Assembly: GCA_028748975.1 (NCBI GenBank)
Contig: JAQTPI010000002.1
Coordinates: forward strand, 51,213-115,212
Length of the DNA stretch: 64,000 nt
Reading direction: 5' to 3'
From: Patescibacteria group bacterium
GTDB lineage: Bacteria > Patescibacteriota > Patescibacteriia > UBA2196
The notes beneath the pieces were generated by a model. That model made no database searches, was not told the origin of the DNA, and saw only the letters and a list, made by a program, of their open reading frames with translations. Of this stretch, positions 58,864-64,000 are shown one piece after another (the stretch's first letter is position 1; every line of letters starts with the position of its first letter). A program made the translations under genes and the position numbers.

Positions 58864-59071
58864 AGAAGAGAGAATAGTGGAGAGTGAATAATAACTAAAT
58901 TACTCCTCACTATTCACTAATTATTAATGCCACTTGACACGATTTTTAATAGGGTGTATGATTTATGTATTGTTTTTTAAAAATGTCATCCTGACGACCC
59001 CGAGGCCTCGGGGGAGGAAGGATCTCGTACGAGATTCCTCGCTCCGCTCGGAATGACAACCACACAAACTT

Positions 59072-59542
59072 ATGATCGGCAAAGAAACCTATATCACCAC
59101 CGAGGGATTGGAAAAATTAAAAGAAGAATATAATTTCCTCAAAAACACCAAACGCAAGGAAGTGGCCAACCGGATTCAGGCGGCCAAGGATTTTGGCGAC
59201 CTTTCGGAAAATGCCGAATACGCGGATGCCAAAGAAGAGCAGGCTTTTACCGAAGGCCGGATCGCGGAGTTGGATGAATTTTTGAGAAATGCCGTGGTGA
59301 TTAAAGAAAAAAACGGTAATACGACAATTAATGTCGGCAATCGCATTCGTATTAAAGAAAAAAAGACAAAAGAAGTGAAAGAATATGAAATTGTGGGTTC
59401 ACAGGAGGCAGATCCGGTGGCTGGCAAGATTTCCAATGAATCGCCTTTGGGCAAGGCTTTTTTGGGTAAAAAAGTGGGTGATAAGGTTGAGGTTAATTTA
59501 CCTAAGGGAGTGATTGAGTATGAGGTGGTGGAGGTACTGTAA
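59072..59542 (+). CDS. greA: Transcription elongation factor GreA
   Basis: GDLSENAEY, IS.ESPLG. Confidence 0.95.
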   Translation: MIGKETYITTEGLEKLKEEYNFLKNTKRKEVANRIQAAKDFGDLSENAEYADAKEEQAFTEGRIAELDEFLRNAVVIKEKNGNTTINVGNRIRIKEKKTKEVKEYEIVGSQEADPVAGKISNESPLGKAFLGKKVGDKVEVNLPKGVIEYEVVEVL

Positions 59543-59657
59543 AAAAAGTCAAAAACAAGAAAAGCCTGCCTCGCCGGCAGGCAGGCAAGAAAAAAGTAAA
59601 ACCTGCTCTTTGGCGGGTTTTTGCGTTTTTATGGGTAAAAGTATATAATAAAGACAT

Positions 59658-61103
59658 ATGAATAACACAAAATCCGAATACGAAGTTCGCTTAGAAAGGT
59701 TGGAAAAAATAAAAGCCGCGGGCATTAACCCGTATCCGGCTGAGTTTGATAAGAAAAACGAAGTGGCGGAAATAAAAACAGCTAAAGACGGCGCCAAGCT
59801 GAAAACTGCGGGCCGGATTATGCTCGTGCGCGACATGGGCAAGCTTTGCTTTTGCCATTTGCAGGATTTTTCCAGCCGGGCGCAGATTGCTTTAAAATTA
59901 GATGAAGTGGGCAAAGAGAAATATAAATTTTTTATTGACCACTTTGACAATGGCGACTTTATCGGGGTGGAAGGCGAAGTTTTTACCACCCACAAGGGCG
60001 AAAAAACTTTGTTAGTGAAGAAATATGTTTTGCTTGCCAAGGCACTTTTGCCAATGCCGGAAAAGTGGCACGGTTTGCAGGATGAAGAAGAAAGATTTCG
60101 CAAGCGTTATTTGGATATTTTGACTAACCCGGAGGTTAAAGATATTTTTGTTAAAAAAGCCAAATATTATGAAGCGATGCGCGAATTTTTGCGCCAAAAT
60201 GGTTTTGTGGAAGTGGAAACGCCGGTTTTGGAAAATACCACTGGTGGCGCCGACGCCCGGCCGTTTGTCACTCACCATAATGCCCTAGACATTGATGTCT
60301 ATTTGCGCATTTCAGTCGGGGAATTATGGCAGAAACGTTTGATGGTGGCTGGTTTTGATAAGACCTTTGAAATGGGCAGAATTTTTAGAAACGAAGGCAT
60401 GGACGCTGAACATCTGCAGGATTACACTTCCATGGAATATTACTGGGCTTATGCGGATTGGAATGACGGCATGAAATTTACGGAAGAACTAATAAAACAC
60501 GTGGCCGAGAAAACCTTCGGCACTTTAAAATTTAAAATTAAAGATTTTAATATTGATTTGGGCAAAAAATGGGAGCGCTATGATTACCGCGAAGAAATTA
60601 AAAAACGCACTAAAATTGATATTGAAAAAACGAATGTCAAGGAAATAAAAAAGAAACTTAAAGAATTAAAAGTTGACTATGAAGATTTTAAGGATTTGGA
60701 AACAGGTTTGGACCAGCTTTGGAAATTTTGCCGCAAACAAATTGCTGGCCCGGGATTTTTGATTTATTTGCCCAAAGTAATTTCGCCTTTGGCCAAGGAA
60801 TCAGTGACGCGGCCAGGCTATGTGGAAAGATACCAGCTAATTTTAGCTGGCTCGGAACTTTGCAATGGTTTTAGCGAATTGAATGACCCGCTTGACCAAG
60901 AAGAGCGTTTTAAAAAACAAGCGGCTTTGCGCGCCAGTGGCAACGAAGAGGCGCAGATGAAAGATGACGATTTTGTGGAGGCATTACGACACGGCATGCC
61001 GCCGACCACTGGCCTTGGAATTTCGGAAAGATTATTCGCGTTTTTAATGGATAAGCCCGTGCGCGAATGCCAGATATTTCCATTAATGAGACCTAAAGAA
61101 TAA
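59658..61103 (+). CDS. lysS: Lysine--tRNA ligase (class II)
   Basis: RYLD, GGADARPF, FRNEG, ELNDP, GMPPT. Confidence 0.95.
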   Translation: MNNTKSEYEVRLERLEKIKAAGINPYPAEFDKKNEVAEIKTAKDGAKLKTAGRIMLVRDMGKLCFCHLQDFSSRAQIALKLDEVGKEKYKFFIDHFDNGDFIGVEGEVFTTHKGEKTLLVKKYVLLAKALLPMPEKWHGLQDEEERFRKRYLDILTNPEVKDIFVKKAKYYEAMREFLRQNGFVEVETPVLENTTGGADARPFVTHHNALDIDVYLRISVGELWQKRLMVAGFDKTFEMGRIFRNEGMDAEHLQDYTSMEYYWAYADWNDGMKFTEELIKHVAEKTFGTLKFKIKDFNIDLGKKWERYDYREEIKKRTKIDIEKTNVKEIKKKLKELKVDYEDFKDLETGLDQLWKFCRKQIAGPGFLIYLPKVISPLAKESVTRPGYVERYQLILAGSELCNGFSELNDPLDQEERFKKQAALRASGNEEAQMKDDDFVEALRHGMPPTTGLGISERLFAFLMDKPVRECQIFPLMRPKE

Positions 61104-61106
61104 TAT

Positions 61107-61694
61107 ATGACTCGCGAAGAAGCACTAAATTTAGTAAAAGAAAAAATTCAGAATAAAAATTTAATTAATCATTGTTTGGCAGTGGAAGTGGTAATGAGGG
61201 GGCTGGCAGAAAATTTCTCCGCCCAAGGCGGATCCGCCTCTGGCGGAAATGACACAGATATTGAAAAGTGGGGGAGAGCCGGGCTTTTGCATGATATTGA
61301 TTATGAAGAAACCAAAGACAAGCCAATGGAACATTCCAAAACTGGCGCGGAATTTTTGAAAGAACTTGGCGTGGAAGAAGAAATTTGCCAGGCGGTTTTA
61401 AAACATAATGAAGCACACGGAATTCAACCGGAAACGAAAATGGAAAAAGCACTTTTGATTTCCGATCCGATTACCGGGTTAATTGTGGCGACAACTTTGG
61501 TTTTGCCCGAGAAAAAATTAGCTGGCGTGACAGTGGAAAATGTTTTGAATCGTTTTAAGGAAAAAAGTTTTGCCAAAGGCGCCAAAAGAGAAATTATTGC
61601 CAAATGCGAGCCGCTATTAGATCTGCCGCTAGAAAAATTTGTGGAGATTGCGCTTGGGAGTATGAAAAATATTGCGGATAATATTAAATTATAA
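61107..61694 (+). CDS. HDIG-domain metal-dependent hydrolase with an in-frame hairpin insertion (SAQGGSASGG)
   Basis: HCLAVE, LLHDIDY, FKEKSFA. Confidence 0.85.
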   Translation: MTREEALNLVKEKIQNKNLINHCLAVEVVMRGLAENFSAQGGSASGGNDTDIEKWGRAGLLHDIDYEETKDKPMEHSKTGAEFLKELGVEEEICQAVLKHNEAHGIQPETKMEKALLISDPITGLIVATTLVLPEKKLAGVTVENVLNRFKEKSFAKGAKREIIAKCEPLLDLPLEKFVEIALGSMKNIADNIKL

Positions 61695-61698
61695 ATAT

Positions 61699-62493
61699 AT
61701 GCCCAAAAATAAGAAAAAAAAACAAACAAAAAAAATAAATAAAAAGAATAAAAGGATGATGTGGTTTGAAGCACTTCAAATAATTCGTCCTTATATTTTT
61801 CAAATATTAACCCCCACTGGAAGAGGGACTGGTTTTCAAATTTCTTATTATCCTAACAAGAAACTTTGCGGCGTAGCAACCGCCTATCATGTTGTACAAC
61901 ATGCAGAAAAATGGGGCGAACCAATTGAACTTATACATAATGATTCAAAAAAGAAAATAATGTTACAGGAAAAAGAACGAGTTATTTTTATTCATCCCGA
62001 ACAAGATTTAGCATTTATATTATTTAACGCAACCGCTGATGCTGAAGAGTTACCAGTGAAACCAGATTCTCTTAAACTTATAGATCCAGAAAAGACATTA
62101 AAACAGGGAGTGGAGTTAGGTTGGTGTGGATTCCCGGCTATAGCACCGTTTGGAGAATTGTGTTTTTTTAGCGGATATGTCAGTTGTTGTGTTAAAAAGG
62201 ATGATTTTTATTTAGTTGATGGGGTTGCTATTAATGGTATAAGTGGTGGGCCAGCTTTTTGGTTGACTTTCAATACTAGTGAGTTAAAAGTATGTGGTGT
62301 TGTTTCGGCATATATACCAAACAGAGCTACCGGAGAACCTTTGCCTGGACTTTGTATGGTTACTTCAGTCGAACAATATCAAAAGGAATTAAAATCTTTA
62401 AAATCATTAGACGAAGCTGCAGAACAAAAAATTGAACAAGAAATAAAGGAGCAAAAAAACGAAGAAGATAAGATAAATAAAATAGATAAATAA
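61699..62493 (+). CDS. Trypsin-like serine protease
   Basis: GTGF, TAYHVV, DLA, GISGGP; AT-rich. Confidence 0.75.
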   Translation: MPKNKKKKQTKKINKKNKRMMWFEALQIIRPYIFQILTPTGRGTGFQISYYPNKKLCGVATAYHVVQHAEKWGEPIELIHNDSKKKIMLQEKERVIFIHPEQDLAFILFNATADAEELPVKPDSLKLIDPEKTLKQGVELGWCGFPAIAPFGELCFFSGYVSCCVKKDDFYLVDGVAINGISGGPAFWLTFNTSELKVCGVVSAYIPNRATGEPLPGLCMVTSVEQYQKELKSLKSLDEAAEQKIEQEIKEQKNEEDKINKIDK

Positions 62494-62503
62494 TTTTATT
62501 CAT

Positions 62504-63748
62504 ATGCTTGATATCAATAAAATCAGAAACAATAAAAAAGAGGTCGAGAAAGCCCTGCTTAAAAGAATGGAGAAGGGGAGTTTTGATTTGGAGGAAATTA
62601 TTAAACTGGATGACGAACGCCGGGAATTAATTAAAAAAACCGATGAATTGAAAGCGGAAAGAAATAAATTTTCCAAAACCAAACCCAGCCAGGAAATTAT
62701 TGAAAAGATGAAAACAGTGGGGGAGAGAGTAAAAGATTTTGATGAAAAATTAAATAAGGTTGAAGAAGAATTGAAAGAAAAAATTTTCGAATTGCCAAAT
62801 TTACCGGCCGACGACGTAGTGGCGGGCGGCAAAGAAAATAATAAAGTCATTAAAACTTTTGGCAAACAGCCAAAATTTAAATTTGCTCCCAAAGACCATG
62901 TGGAATTGGCCACCAGCTTGGGCTTAATTGATTATGAGCGGGCAGCCAAAATGAGCGGCGCGGGTTTCTGGTGTTACACCGGCGACGGCGCTTTGTTGGA
63001 GTGGGCGTTACTTAATTATTTTATTGAATTTCATAAGAAAAACAATTATAAATTTATTTTTCCGCCATTTTTATTGAATGAAGCCTCGGCCTATGCTTCC
63101 GGCCATTTGCCTAAATTTAGAGACGATTTGTATTGGACCCAAGACGGCTTATGTCTTGATGCCACGGCCGAAATGATGCTGAATAATTTTCATCGCGATG
63201 AAATTTTGGATGAAGCCGAGTTGCCAAAAAAATATTTTGCTTACAGCGCCTGTTTTCGGCGCGAAGCCGGCTCTTACCGCAAAGAAGAGCGGGGGATGAT
63301 GCGCGGGCACCAGTTTAACAAAATTGAAATGTTTCAGTTCACTCACCCGGAAAAATCCGGGGAGGCTTTTGATGAAATGCAAAAATACGCGGAAAAATTA
63401 GTGGAAGGATTGGGATTGCATTATCAGAGTTCACTTTTGGCCGCGGGCGATGCTTCCGCTGCCATGGCTAAGACCATTGATATTGAGATCTGGATTCCGA
63501 GCATGAATGAATATAAAGAAGTTAGTTCGGTTTCTAATGCTCTGGATTATCAGGCGCGGCGAGCTAATATTCGATTTAAGAATAAAGACGGTAAAAACGA
63601 ATTTTTACACACTTTAAATGCTTCCGGACTGGCCACCAGCCGTCTGATTCCCGCAATTTTGGAACAATTTCAAGAAAAAGATGGTTCAGTCAAAGTGCCG
63701 AAAGTTTTGAGGAAATGGGTGGGGAAGAAGAAATTGAAAATTATATAG
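62504..63748 (+). CDS. serS: Serine--tRNA ligase
   Basis: N-terminal coiled coil, TAE, CFRREAG, HTLNASGLA. Confidence 0.95.
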   Translation: MLDINKIRNNKKEVEKALLKRMEKGSFDLEEIIKLDDERRELIKKTDELKAERNKFSKTKPSQEIIEKMKTVGERVKDFDEKLNKVEEELKEKIFELPNLPADDVVAGGKENNKVIKTFGKQPKFKFAPKDHVELATSLGLIDYERAAKMSGAGFWCYTGDGALLEWALLNYFIEFHKKNNYKFIFPPFLLNEASAYASGHLPKFRDDLYWTQDGLCLDATAEMMLNNFHRDEILDEAELPKKYFAYSACFRREAGSYRKEERGMMRGHQFNKIEMFQFTHPEKSGEAFDEMQKYAEKLVEGLGLHYQSSLLAAGDASAAMAKTIDIEIWIPSMNEYKEVSSVSNALDYQARRANIRFKNKDGKNEFLHTLNASGLATSRLIPAILEQFQEKDGSVKVPKVLRKWVGKKKLKII

Positions 63749-64000
63749 TCTGTCCCGAGTGAAGCCGATAGCAATCGGCTGAGCCGAGGGACCCCCGGCG
63801 AACATGGGCAGACAATATAAATATTGTCCAACCCATTTTCTATCGGGATCCTTCGACTCGTCGCCCCGAGCACTCGGGGCTCCTCGCTCAGGATAAACTT
63901 ATACTATGCGTAAACGCGATTACAGCGAACACCACAGTCACGCCACTGTGACGCATGAAGTTGTTTTAAGAAAGCCGAAAAAAAGACGGCCTTTTTTTCT

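Noticed and set aside
1-64000. Genetic code 25 (UGA read as Gly)
   Set aside because: Long conserved genes are intact under code 11 and TGA acts as a stop in ATGA overlaps

Overview
Chromosomal window from a low-GC bacterium using genetic code 11. Gene content and style suggest Patescibacteria/CPR (Parcubacteria/ABY1-like); this is inference, with no marker phylogeny run. Nearly all core genes are on the + strand: a VirB4/TraG-like ATPase, mrdA, mreBCD, rarA, mnmA, secA, ddl, recJ, rnhA, greA, lysS, serS, glycosyltransferases and glycoside hydrolases, and a fermentation cluster (pduL, ackA, 2-oxoacid:ferredoxin oxidoreductase alpha/beta, ppdK). An AT-rich defence island (about 46.2-52.8 kb) carries an AbrB-like regulator, a type II R-M pair, a type IIG remnant, a DUF2971-like gene and a LexA-like/MazF pair. 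The most unusual signals are: (1) a complete tRNA-Pro(CGG) nested inside a second, interrupted tRNA-Pro copy; (2) a ~235-nt pseudoknotted candidate ncRNA with its own promoter and terminator, convergent with secA; (3) a repeat with 42-bp loopless palindromes that separates the defence-island genes, one palindrome showing a flipped centre between copies; (4) many REP-like hairpins and inverted microsatellite arms, one pair enclosing a GxxExxY nuclease gene, with the same motifs inserted in frame in secA, ackA, the oxidoreductase alpha gene and others; (5) two covarying ~255-nt structured elements after mrdA and mreB. No CRISPR array, rRNA, integrase or transposase was recognised. All calls come from reading the sequence and ORF track; no database searches were run.
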